This document shows, in pieces, positions 35,422 through 43,906 of a DNA stretch of 64,000 nucleotides. The stretch is from Candidatus Latescibacterota bacterium (lineage in GTDB: Bacteria; Latescibacterota; UBA2968; UBA8231), in the NCBI GenBank assembly GCA_965203355.1, contig OZ241889.1, forward strand, positions 1,536,001-1,600,000. The letters run 5' to 3'. The notes below the pieces were generated by a model that did not search any database, was not told where the DNA came from, and saw only the letters and a list, made by a program, of their open reading frames with translations. How positions within the stretch are numbered: the stretch's first letter is position 1; every line of letters starts with the position of its first letter. The position numbers were made by a program, and so were the translations under genes.

Positions 35422-36216
35422 TCAGGTGCGCCGCAGGCGGTCGAACAGCCGCTCTAAGCGGTCGAAGGCGAGGCGGATCATGTCTTCGTCCCAGTCGCCG
35501 TCGATTTTGATCTGCACCATGGACTGGAGGGTTTCTAGATAGGCTCGCTGCGTCTCGGTTAGGGGGCGTTCTTGGCGCTCTTGTCGCTCGGAACTAGTGC
35601 GCTTAGTGGGTCCGTCGCGCCCGGAGCGTTCCCTCGGAGCGGGCGCGCGGGTGCTGTGCGTGGGTTCGGGAGTTTCGGCTTGGGGGGCGGGTTCAGCGAC
35701 CGCCACTTCCGCTTGCGCTTCCGAGGGGGTACCAAAGTCGGCTTCGGCGACGAGATACTTGAAAAACATCTTCATCTTGTTGGCCGAGTCGCGTCCCATA
35801 CCGGTGCGATTGCGGAAGTAATCGATGATCGCTTCGTCCTTCATGCTGCCGTTGCTCTTTTCCCACTCCGGCAGCAGATCTTTGTACAGGCTGCGGGCCA
35901 CATCGGCAAACGCGAATTTGCGCGTCTCCTTGGGGACGATTCGCAGCAGCAGGTCCGTGGGCTTTTGGTCGCGGCCGGTCAGGTTCATGGATTCGATGCC
36001 GCGCAAAAAGCGGTGAATCATCGACGGGGTGCGAATAATAGGCCGCACGTAGTCGCGGTCGATTTGGTCGGGAATCTTGGTCTCCAGCCGCGAGAGAAAG
36101 CGCTCGAACTGCACCTTAGTGATGTAGGGGAACCAAGCCCGATCCTGCCGGCTGCTCTCTTCGGCCGCGCCCTCGTCTCCTGTCGTCTCAGCCGCGTCTT
36201 GGCGTACTTCTTCCAT
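35422..36216 (-). CDS. Hypothetical protein, possibly DUF5343-like
   Basis: 264-aa ORF with GGAG RBS; N-terminal 'PYIT...FERFLSRLETKIPDQID' resembles DUF5343; low-complexity linker. Confidence 0.55.
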   Translation of the reverse strand: MEEVRQDAAETTGDEGAAEESSRQDRAWFPYITKVQFERFLSRLETKIPDQIDRDYVRPIIRTPSMIHRFLRGIESMNLTGRDQKPTDLLLRIVPKETRKFAFADVARSLYKDLLPEWEKSNGSMKDEAIIDYFRNRTGMGRDSANKMKMFFKYLVAEADFGTPSEAQAEVAVAEPAPQAETPEPTHSTRAPAPRERSGRDGPTKRTSSERQERQERPLTETQRAYLETLQSMVQIKIDGDWDEDMIRLAFDRLERLFDRLRRT

Positions 36217-36255
36217 TTGTAAGTCTCCATTCGGTAGATTGATATGTCACCGGGC

Positions 36256-36612
36256 TTAGGGCTGGGCAAATTCGGCGGTCACAACGGCGGAAATGCCCCC
36301 GCGCACATTGAACTCGCCCACCACAGTCATGCGTCGCGGCGCACAGACGGCCACCAAATCGTTGAGAATGGTGTTGGTGACCGCTTCGTAGTAAGCGCCT
36401 TCTTGGCGAAAGGACCACAGGTAGAGCTTGAGCGATTTGAGCTCAATGCACTGTTGGTCGGGTGCGTAGCGGATGTGGATGGTGCCGAAATCGGGTTGCC
36501 CAGTTACGGGACATATCGAAGTGAATTCCGGACACGAAAGCTCTATTGTGTAGTCGCGGTCCGGATGGGGGTTGGCAAAAACAGCTAGGTTTTTGCTCGG
36601 CTCGGTAGCCAT
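36256..36612 (-). CDS. queF: PreQ1 synthase (7-cyano-7-deazaguanine reductase, type I)
   Basis: '[16 protein letters not shown]', '[13 protein letters not shown]', 'FNVRGGI'. Confidence 0.96.
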   Translation of the reverse strand: MATEPSKNLAVFANPHPDRDYTIELSCPEFTSICPVTGQPDFGTIHIRYAPDQQCIELKSLKLYLWSFRQEGAYYEAVTNTILNDLVAVCAPRRMTVVGEFNVRGGISAVVTAEFAQP

Positions 36613-36761
36613 AACGTTTTGTCTCCTAACAGCCTTAAAGACTTAATAATAAGGATAAACGGGTGCTTTGGCTATGCCGCGACAAAGCGCTCGATGACGT
36701 TGGCGGTGATGCGCGAGACGGTCTCATCTACGAGGACGGACGGAAAAAACCGCGCGGCCGC

Positions 36762-39700
36762 TCACGGCGCACTCGCCTGCTCGCAGGCCAGCTCGAACAC
36801 CCTGTCGGTCATCCAGCGCTTGAAATCCTCGTTGTCCATGAATTGCTTGAAGAGCTCGGTGTCGTCCTTCATTACATTCGTCATGACTTGCAGCAGTGCT
36901 TTGTCGTGCTCGATGCGGGCGTTGGCGTCGTCCGAGTTCTGCCGCGCATTCCTGAAGGCCGCGTCTGCGGCCACCCGGGACGGGATGGTCTGGGTGATGA
37001 GCGTCCCTACGCGGTCGGCATCCGCCCAAGCGATGTCGCCGAACAGATCGTTGAAGATTTTGAGGATGTTTGAGAGCCGGTCCAACGCTGGCTCGGTGCG
37101 GTGTCCGCCGCCGGCGGTCGGCACCGGATCGACCTCGGCGTCCTCGTCCGGCAGCAAGATCTGCTGCATCGCTTGCTTCTCGACTCGGTAGCTGTCTAGG
37201 TCGATGGCGTCGAGGATGCCCTTCGACAGGTCCTCTTCTTCCGGGGCGGGCAGCTTGGGAATCAGGAAGTTCAGGAAGATCGAGCGTTTCTCCCAGCCGA
37301 CGTCGTTGTAGGGAAGCACGGCCGAGAGAAAGGCGTAGGTGCGCACGAATCCCTTGGCGTTGCCCTTGAACTGCGCTTGGCCGTCCTCGTTTAGATCGGT
37401 TTTGTAGGCCGCTACGCAGGCGTCGAGGATCGGGTCCAGTTGATCGCGCTGGGCCCCGCCGAGGTAGTGCTCGACGAAATCATCGACCTGTTCGGCGGCA
37501 TAGACTTGGGCGCGGTCTAGGTCTGTCTGGAGGTCGTGCAGTTTGTTGGGGTCGGTCTCGTCGGCTAGGGTCGTCGTGCGGTAGTAGGGGGCGAAGGCGT
37601 CGCGGATGGTGTCGGCGTCGTTGAGGAAGTCGAGCACGAACACGTCGTGCTTCTTGGGATGCGCTCGGTTGAGGCGGGACAGGGTTTGCACCGCTTTGAT
37701 GCTGGACAGCGTCTTATCGACGTACATGGTGTGCAGCCATGGTTCGTCGTATCCGGTCTGGAATTTGTCGGCGCAGACCAGGAAGCGATAGGGGTCTTCT
37801 TGGAACTGCCCGGCGATCTGGGCCGAGGGAAAGCCATTCAGCGAGGCTTCGGTGACCTGCTCGCCGCCGAACTCGTGCTCGCCGGAGAAGGCGACGAGTG
37901 CCCGGTAGCGGCTTTTGCGCTCCCGCAGGTAATCGCGGATCGCGTGGTAGTACTGGATGGCCCGCTCAATGCCGTTGGTGACCACCATCGCCCGCGCTTG
38001 GCCTCCGACCTTGTTTTGCGCCAGCACTTGGTCGTGGAAGTGATCGACCATGATCTGGGCTTTGAGTCCAATCGCGTGATCGCTGCTCTCGACGAAGCGG
38101 CGCAGTTTCTTCTGGGCCTTCTTGACGTCGAACTCTGGGTCTTGCTCCACCGTTTTGGCAAGCTTGTAGTAGCTCTGCACTGGCATGTAGTAGGCGAGCA
38201 CGTCGAGGATGAATCCCTCTTGGATCGCCTGCTTCATGGTGTAGCTGTGGAAGGCGTGGTGCCGGACGGTGCCGTCGGGCTGAGGGGCTGGGGCACCGAA
38301 AATTTCCAGCGTCTTGTTCTTGGGCGTAGCCGTGAAGGCGAAGTAACTGGCGTTGGGTAGCAGTCGGCGCGATTCCATCAGGCGGTTGATCCGGTCCTCA
38401 AAGGTTTCTTCCTCTTCGGCACGGACCGCGGAGAGTGCTTGGGCCATGGCAGCACTGGTGCGACCGCCTTGGCTGGAGTGGGCTTCGTCGATGATGATGG
38501 CAAAGTGCCGCCCGTGCGGCTCGTGGCCGATTTCGTCGAGGATGAAGGGGAACTTCTGAATCGTCGAGATGATGATCTTCTTGCCGCTCCCGATAAATCG
38601 GCGGAGATCGCCCGAGCGGTCGGCGTGTCCCACGGTCGCCGATACTTGGGCATACTGCTTGATGGTGTCGCGGATCTGTCGGTCGAGGATGAGGCGGTCG
38701 GTGACGACGATGATCGAGTCAAAGACGGGAGTGCTGCCTTTTGCTAGGCCGATTAGTTGGTGGGCCAGATAGGCGATGGAGTTGCTCTTGCCGCTGCCGG
38801 CCGAGTGTTGGATCAGGTAGCGGCGGCCCACGCCGTGAGAACGCGCATCGTCCAGCAGGCGGCGCACCACGTCGAGTTGGTGGTAGCGCGGCCAGATCTG
38901 GGTCCGCTTCTTTTTGCCCGTTTTCTCGTCCTTTGACTCCACCACTTGAGCGTAGTTTTCCAAGATGTTGGTCAGGCTCTCGCGGGGGAGCACTTCCCGC
39001 CACAGGTAGTCGATCGCCAGTCCGTTGGGATTGGGTGGGTTGCCAGCCCCGTCGTTCCAGCCGCGGTTGAAGGGGAGGAACCAAGCGGTTTTGCCGCTGA
39101 GGTGGGTGCAGAAGCGGACTTCGCTTTCGTCCAGCGCGAAGTGGGCGACGCAGCGGCCGAACTCGAACAGCTTCTCGCGTGGGTTGCGGTCGCGCTGATA
39201 CTGCTGGACAGCGTCGGCCACGGTCTGCTTGGTGAGGCTGTTTTTCAGCTCGAAGGTGAAGACCGGCAGGCCGTTGATGAACAGGCCGATGTCGAGGGCC
39301 CGCTGGGTTTCGTCGCGGCTGTAGCGAAGCTGGCGGGTAACGGTGAAGCGGTTCTGTTTGAAGCGTTCCTGTGCGGCGGGATTGTCGGCTGAAGGCGTGC
39401 CGTAGAATAGGTCTAAGGTGTGCGCTCCGTGCTTGATGCCGTGGCGCAGCACGTCGAGGGTGCCGCGTTTGCCGATTTCGCCTTGGAGCCGGGCTAGGAA
39501 CCGGCGGCGCGTGGGGCTGTCTGCGGACAAATCGAGGGCTGCTGAGGCTTCGGGCTGGGTGGTGCGTAGGAAGGCGGAAAGCTGAGCCCGGTCAATGCAG
39601 TATTCGCGGTCGTAGTCGTGGAAATTGCCGCCGGCCCAACCGACTCCGCCGTAGTGGGCAGGGGGTTCGCCCACGGTAGGGCCTGAAGGCGGGTCGCAGG

Positions 39701-39764
39701 GATGGCCGGCTAAAGCGGTGCAGATGAGGCGTTCGAGGCCGCGTTCGGAGGTGTCGGTGGGCAC
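36762..39764 (-). CDS. hsdR: Type I restriction endonuclease subunit R
   Basis: 'DIGLFINGLPVFTFELKN' nuclease, 'HSAGSGKS' Walker A, 'IIDEAH', 'FTATPK', 'KFQTGYDEP'. Confidence 0.95.
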   Translation of the reverse strand: MPTDTSERGLERLICTALAGHPCDPPSGPTVGEPPAHYGGVGWAGGNFHDYDREYCIDRAQLSAFLRTTQPEASAALDLSADSPTRRRFLARLQGEIGKRGTLDVLRHGIKHGAHTLDLFYGTPSADNPAAQERFKQNRFTVTRQLRYSRDETQRALDIGLFINGLPVFTFELKNSLTKQTVADAVQQYQRDRNPREKLFEFGRCVAHFALDESEVRFCTHLSGKTAWFLPFNRGWNDGAGNPPNPNGLAIDYLWREVLPRESLTNILENYAQVVESKDEKTGKKKRTQIWPRYHQLDVVRRLLDDARSHGVGRRYLIQHSAGSGKSNSIAYLAHQLIGLAKGSTPVFDSIIVVTDRLILDRQIRDTIKQYAQVSATVGHADRSGDLRRFIGSGKKIIISTIQKFPFILDEIGHEPHGRHFAIIIDEAHSSQGGRTSAAMAQALSAVRAEEEETFEDRINRLMESRRLLPNASYFAFTATPKNKTLEIFGAPAPQPDGTVRHHAFHSYTMKQAIQEGFILDVLAYYMPVQSYYKLAKTVEQDPEFDVKKAQKKLRRFVESSDHAIGLKAQIMVDHFHDQVLAQNKVGGQARAMVVTNGIERAIQYYHAIRDYLRERKSRYRALVAFSGEHEFGGEQVTEASLNGFPSAQIAGQFQEDPYRFLVCADKFQTGYDEPWLHTMYVDKTLSSIKAVQTLSRLNRAHPKKHDVFVLDFLNDADTIRDAFAPYYRTTTLADETDPNKLHDLQTDLDRAQVYAAEQVDDFVEHYLGGAQRDQLDPILDACVAAYKTDLNEDGQAQFKGNAKGFVRTYAFLSAVLPYNDVGWEKRSIFLNFLIPKLPAPEEEDLSKGILDAIDLDSYRVEKQAMQQILLPDEDAEVDPVPTAGGGHRTEPALDRLSNILKIFNDLFGDIAWADADRVGTLITQTIPSRVAADAAFRNARQNSDDANARIEHDKALLQVMTNVMKDDTELFKQFMDNEDFKRWMTDRVFELACEQASAP

Positions 39765-40103
39765 GGTAAAGACTACGGGTCTGTGAACGGATTGATCGCA
39801 ACGCCGTTGTAATGTAGATGTTCACTGGCCGATGGGCAATGCCTACGGCGCACGAGACGCGATGCCCCGCTAAACGATTCTAAGCCCCGCGAGGAGAGGA
39901 CTAACGGGGCGGTCTACGCCGCCGAGTAGGGATAAGCGGTCCCGTTGCGTCCATTCGGGCGGAAGTTATCTTATCGGGACAAGCGAGTGTAGCAACTCAC
40001 CGACGACATACCGCACCAACCCGCGCCACGATCGGGCCCATCTTTTGCGCTGCTACGCTCTGGCGACCGCCGCGCCGGGTTGGTGCGCTGAAAGGATTCA
40101 GCC

Positions 40104-40361
40104 ATGAGCGAACCCATCACCCAAGCCCAAGATCACGACCGCCGCATTGGTCGGCTGGAAGGCATCGCCGAGCAGATAACGGAACAAAACCGCCAGACCA
40201 ACGCCCGCCTTGACCGCATTGAGCAAACCATCGCCGAAGTACGCCACGAGATCGCCGCGGTACGGCAGGAGCATCGCCGAGATTTTCGCTGGCTTATCGG
40301 TATCCAGTTGACCACCCTGCTAGCCCTCGGTACGCTGATCTTGTCGCGGTTGCCCAGCTAA
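40104..40361 (+). CDS. Small coiled-coil protein with C-terminal TM anchor (paralog 1, 85 aa)
   Basis: MSEPITQAQDHDRRIGRLEG...FRWLIGIQLTTLLALGTLILSRLPS; AAGGA RBS. Confidence 0.75.
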   Translation: MSEPITQAQDHDRRIGRLEGIAEQITEQNRQTNARLDRIEQTIAEVRHEIAAVRQEHRRDFRWLIGIQLTTLLALGTLILSRLPS

Positions 40362-40440
40362 AGTGACCGCAGGCAATGGCGTAAGACACAACGCCGCCGG
40401 GACCTCGCCGACGGCGTACAGCAGTGCCAGACACCTGTGG

Positions 40441-40668
40441 TCAAACCGCAACTGTGTAATGGTTGACCACGACTGAATCCGCTGTCAGATCCTCATCCTG
40501 CTCAAGCTCGTCGAGATACAACCTGATCGCGTCGGCGACCAGAGTACGCACCGCATCCTCGGTTTCCCCCGCCACGCCGATGCCCGGAAGTTCCGGTACA
40601 TACGCCCCATACGCTTGGGGGCCGTATTGCTCTACAATGATCAGATACTCAGTTTGTGCCATCTTCAT
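40441..40668 (-). CDS. HicB-like antitoxin (orphan)
   Basis: 'YLIIVEQ...YGAYVPELPG..VAGETEDAV......AIRLYL'. Confidence 0.8.
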   Translation of the reverse strand: MKMAQTEYLIIVEQYGPQAYGAYVPELPGIGVAGETEDAVRTLVADAIRLYLDELEQDEDLTADSVVVNHYTVAV

Positions 40669-40685
40669 ACGCCTTGTTGGGGCGT

Positions 40686-41051
40686 CTAGCCGGGCAAGCG
40701 CGTTAAAATCAGCGTACCGAGGGCTAGTAGGCTGGCTACTTGCATCCCCACTAGCCAGCGGATCAGCGTGTCAATGCGTCTGTTGGTCTCGTCAATACGC
40801 GCGTTGGTCGTGTCAATGCGTCCGTTGGTCTCGTCAATACGGGCGTCGGTAGTGTCAATGCGGGCGTCGGTCTGGCGGCCTTGCTCAGCGATGGCCTGCC
40901 GAATTTCGCGGCCTTGCTCGGCAATGGCTTGTTCAATGCGGTCAAGGCGGGCGTTGGTCTGGCGGCCCTGTTCGACCAACTGCTCAACGATGCCTTCCAG
41001 CCGTCCAATACGGCGGTCGTGGTCTTGGGCTTGGGTTACAGGTTCGTTCAT
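40686..41051 (-). CDS. Small coiled-coil protein with C-terminal TM anchor (paralog 2, 121 aa, expanded heptads)
   Basis: AAGGAGG RBS; four (T/E)T(D/N)(A/G/R)RID-type heptads from 21-bp repeats. Confidence 0.8.
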   Translation of the reverse strand: MNEPVTQAQDHDRRIGRLEGIVEQLVEQGRQTNARLDRIEQAIAEQGREIRQAIAEQGRQTDARIDTTDARIDETNGRIDTTNARIDETNRRIDTLIRWLVGMQVASLLALGTLILTRLPG

Positions 41052-41138
41052 AGGGTGTCCTCCTTTGCTTTGCGTTGGCGTAGCGCGTCCTTAAAGCGAG
41101 CATCCATAAAGAGCCTATCCGTGTCAAGTGATGTGATA

Positions 41139-41285
41139 CTAACCTTCAGGATCGAATGCGGGTGGGGCGTCTGTCTCGCCTGTGGCTGCCGGCCGTTCAG
41201 CCGCTGCCTCGCGCACGTCGATCTTGCCGGTGACGACGTCGGCGATCAGGCGGGTGCGGTATTCGCGGAGGAGGTCGATTTCGCG
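41139..41285 (-). pseudogene. Duplicate of hsdS 3' end (copy of 41699-41827 with 18-bp extra sequence)
   Basis: Near-identical 'REIDLLREYRTRLIADVVTGKIDVRE...PAFDPEG*' coding sequence. Confidence 0.9.
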
Positions 41286-41294
41286 ATGGGGCGT

Positions 41295-41597
41295 CTAGCC
41301 GGGCAAGCGCGTTAAAATCAGCGTACCGAGGGCTAGTAGGCTGGCTACTTGCATCCCCACTAGCCAGCGGATCAGCGTGTCAATGCGGGCGTTGGTCGCG
41401 TCAAAGCGTTCGTTGGTCTGGCGGCCTTGCTCGGCGATGGCTTGCCGCAGTTCGCGGCCTTGCTCTTGGATGGCTTTTTCAAGACGGTCAAAGCGTTCGT
41501 TGGTCTGGCGGCCCTGTTCGGCCAACTGCTCAACGATGCCTTCCAGCCGTCCAATACGGCGGTCGTGATCTTGGGCTTGGGTTACAGGTTCGTTCAT
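41295..41597 (-). CDS. Small coiled-coil protein with C-terminal TM anchor (paralog 3, 100 aa)
   Basis: Same N- and C-termini as 40686-41051, three fewer heptads. Confidence 0.8.
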   Translation of the reverse strand: MNEPVTQAQDHDRRIGRLEGIVEQLAEQGRQTNERFDRLEKAIQEQGRELRQAIAEQGRQTNERFDATNARIDTLIRWLVGMQVASLLALGTLILTRLPG

Positions 41598-41658
41598 AGG
41601 GTGTCCTCCTTTGCGTTAGCGTCGCGCGTCCTTAGACACGCGGCCATCCCACAAAGCG

Positions 41659-41687
41659 AGCATCCATAAAGAGCCTATCCGTGTCAA
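41659..41687 (-). promoter_or_regulatory. Possible sigma70 promoter for coiled-coil gene (duplicated at 41099-41127)
   Basis: TTGACA-17 bp-GATGCT on minus strand; -10 is weak. Confidence 0.4.
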
Positions 41688-41698
41688 GTGATGTGATA

Positions 41699-43012
41699 CT
41701 AACCTTCAGGATCGAATGCGGGTGGGGCGTCTGTCTCGCCTGTGGCTGCCTCGCGCACGTCGATCTTGCCGGTGACGACGTCGGCGATCAGGCGGGTGCG
41801 GTATTCGCGGAGGAGGTCGATTTCGCGCTTGGTCCGCTCGGTGGCGCGCTGGATGCGGGTGTCTTCATCGTCGAGGAAGCGGGCGATGGCGGTTTGTTCG
41901 GGGAGGGGGGGGACGAAAACAAGCCGTCGATAGGCTTCCTCTCGGGCAAGACCTGGTACCGCAGAGTCGTTGTTCACTTCATCAAGATGTAGCCAACCAA
42001 GCATGTAATACAACCAGCGAATGTGCATGGACGAAGATCGTTTATCGACAAAAAACGTCGTATCGATCGCGAATACTCGTGTAGAAGAATAGTGGACTTT
42101 GCCAGACGACCCTTTTCGACCAACAATTACGCATGGGGCCTCGGTGTTTGCTACTTCATGTGAACCTACACAACCATTTGAGCCGAAGACTGGAACGCTT
42201 CCAATACGACGTACCTCACTGGTAAGAGAATCTCCATACTTCATTCGGCAAATCTGTTTCAACCGTCGAACCGCCCAATGCGTCGGCACCCTCCCCAGCC
42301 ACTCCACGCCCGAATCCTTGTAGGTCGGGTACGGCTTGCCGGTGCGCACGTCGATCTGCCCTGTAACGGCCGCATGGACGACGACCTGTTTCTGCTCCTT
42401 TAGCAGCGCGATGAGTTTTTCCTTGGCGCGGATGTAGCGGGTGATCCGGCGGTCTAGGTGGTCGAGGAAGCGGGCGATGGCGGTTTGTTCGGGGAGGGGG
42501 GGGAGTGGAAAAGGGCAATTAGCGTACTTTTCACCGTTCACGTTTTCAATCGTGGACACGATAGCAATACTTTTGAGAAAATCGGCGAACGCAGGTGTTT
42601 TCGTGTAAAGAAATAGAAATTTGGGAAAGGTCTTCGGGCCGGGGATAAAGCGCACGAGATATCCTGCATACGCACATCGACCATGCGCCTTATGATTATA
42701 AAGAAAAGAACGCCCGACTGTACCGCTGCGGGATACGAGCAAGTCCCCATCAGAGAGTAGGAAATCTCGCACTAACACTTCCGGCAAAAAAACACCACCG
42801 CCCGCAAGATTACCTGCCTCGGTAATGTCTGTTGTGCGAAGGAAACGAACACCCGTGGGCGTGTATGAGTTCGCGGATATATTTGCTCCGTAAACCGCAG
42901 ATTGCGAGCAGAGTGTCTTTAGCCGCTTTACCTCCCAATGCGCCGGCACGTCCTCCAGCCATTCGACGCCGGAGGGCTTGTAGGCAGGATAGGGCGTGCG
43001 GGGCAACTTCAT
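41699..43012 (-). CDS. hsdS: Type I R-M specificity subunit
   Basis: Two TRDs with repeated 'YK.SGVEWL..VP.HW' and 'PPLPEQTAIARFLD'; 'LIADVVTGKIDVR'. Confidence 0.95.
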   Translation of the reverse strand: MKLPRTPYPAYKPSGVEWLEDVPAHWEVKRLKTLCSQSAVYGANISANSYTPTGVRFLRTTDITEAGNLAGGGVFLPEVLVRDFLLSDGDLLVSRSGTVGRSFLYNHKAHGRCAYAGYLVRFIPGPKTFPKFLFLYTKTPAFADFLKSIAIVSTIENVNGEKYANCPFPLPPLPEQTAIARFLDHLDRRITRYIRAKEKLIALLKEQKQVVVHAAVTGQIDVRTGKPYPTYKDSGVEWLGRVPTHWAVRRLKQICRMKYGDSLTSEVRRIGSVPVFGSNGCVGSHEVANTEAPCVIVGRKGSSGKVHYSSTRVFAIDTTFFVDKRSSSMHIRWLYYMLGWLHLDEVNNDSAVPGLAREEAYRRLVFVPPLPEQTAIARFLDDEDTRIQRATERTKREIDLLREYRTRLIADVVTGKIDVREAATGETDAPPAFDPEG

Positions 43013-43251
43013 ACCGCAATGGCCTCCTCCCGAACGAGATGTAATCGGATCACGTGCGGCACCACGTCATCATCGAAGTGGCACAGCACGGCGTCTCTCG
43101 CCATCTCCTTCAGATCGGCCCAGTTCTCGCCCTGCGTGTAGATGCTGTATCCGAGTGCTCTGGCGTCGTACCCGCCTTCCACGGCTTCCGTGACCTCGAA
43201 GATGATCTCCGCTGGCCGCACCGGCGACTTCGCCAATGGATTGTCAGTCAT
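43009..43251 (-). CDS. Small HicB-fold protein (family often mis-annotated as 2-oxoisovalerate dehydrogenase)
   Basis: 'EIIFEVTEAVEGGYDARALGYSIYTQGE...ARDAVLCHFD'. Confidence 0.7.
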   Translation of the reverse strand: MTDNPLAKSPVRPAEIIFEVTEAVEGGYDARALGYSIYTQGENWADLKEMARDAVLCHFDDDVVPHVIRLHLVREEAIAV

Positions 43252-43520
43252 TGTCCGCTCCTGTTGTGTTCATCTTTTTCAGCTAAGCGGCTTTGTCCTG
43301 AAAGTGGATCTCTGGGAAGCAACTGAAAGATTTTTTTAATATCACTGCGAATCTCTTTAAGGGCTTCGCCTATGGTATTTTTGGGATCATCAACGGTCAA
43401 TTCAAGAGCGTTCATCTCACCTTTCCATTCTCCGATTTTGAAAATCAGCGTGATGAAGCTCCCAATGGCTACTAGAATGGCCAATAGGACCCCATAAGTT
43501 ACAGGGTTATCCCAATCCAT
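43248..43520 (-). CDS. Hypothetical protein with N-terminal TM helix and short coiled coil
   Basis: 90 aa, GGGGGG RBS-like, overlaps next gene by 4 nt; AT-richer than flanks. Confidence 0.55.
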   Translation of the reverse strand: MDWDNPVTYGVLLAILVAIGSFITLIFKIGEWKGEMNALELTVDDPKNTIGEALKEIRSDIKKIFQLLPRDPLSGQSRLAEKDEHNRSGQ

Positions 43521-43579
43521 TGTATCCCCCCGTCATAAGTGTGTAAAAAGAAAATGTGACAGAAATGACATTGCTTCAA

Positions 43580-43675
43580 CTACTTTCCATGGCAGCCATA
43601 TCCAAGCGCACTTGCCGTATAACCTCCATCTACTTCTTCCTCGCTGCCTTCAAAGATGATATCGGTGCTGGACAT
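43580..43675 (-). pseudogene. Truncated paralog of the HicB-fold protein at 43009-43251
   Basis: MSSTDIIFEGSEEEVDGGYTASALGYG then loses frame and stops (manual translation). Confidence 0.6.
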
Positions 43676-43678
43676 CGC

Positions 43679-43906
43679 TCATTTTTGCTCTATATGGCCG
43701 TTGGCTGTTTGGTCCCGCCATCCGAATCCCCGCTCCTTTCGGCGGCTCGCAAAGTGCTGCAGAACAGGGTCCGAGTAACGGTGTGCATTGAACCAGTCAG
43801 CGAGTTCCTCATGTGTTTTTCCAGTGATCTCTGCGCTGATGCGGTCCCGAATCTCCCGCATGTTCCTTACGCAATCGAAATCCTTCTTATTCGTCTTGTT
43901 CGTCAT
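43679..43906 (-). CDS. Small hypothetical protein (antitoxin-like), translationally coupled to hsdM
   Basis: ATG overlaps the hsdM TGA; MTNKTNKKDFDCVRNMREIRDRISAEI... Confidence 0.6.
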   Translation of the reverse strand: MTNKTNKKDFDCVRNMREIRDRISAEITGKTHEELADWFNAHRYSDPVLQHFASRRKERGFGWRDQTANGHIEQK

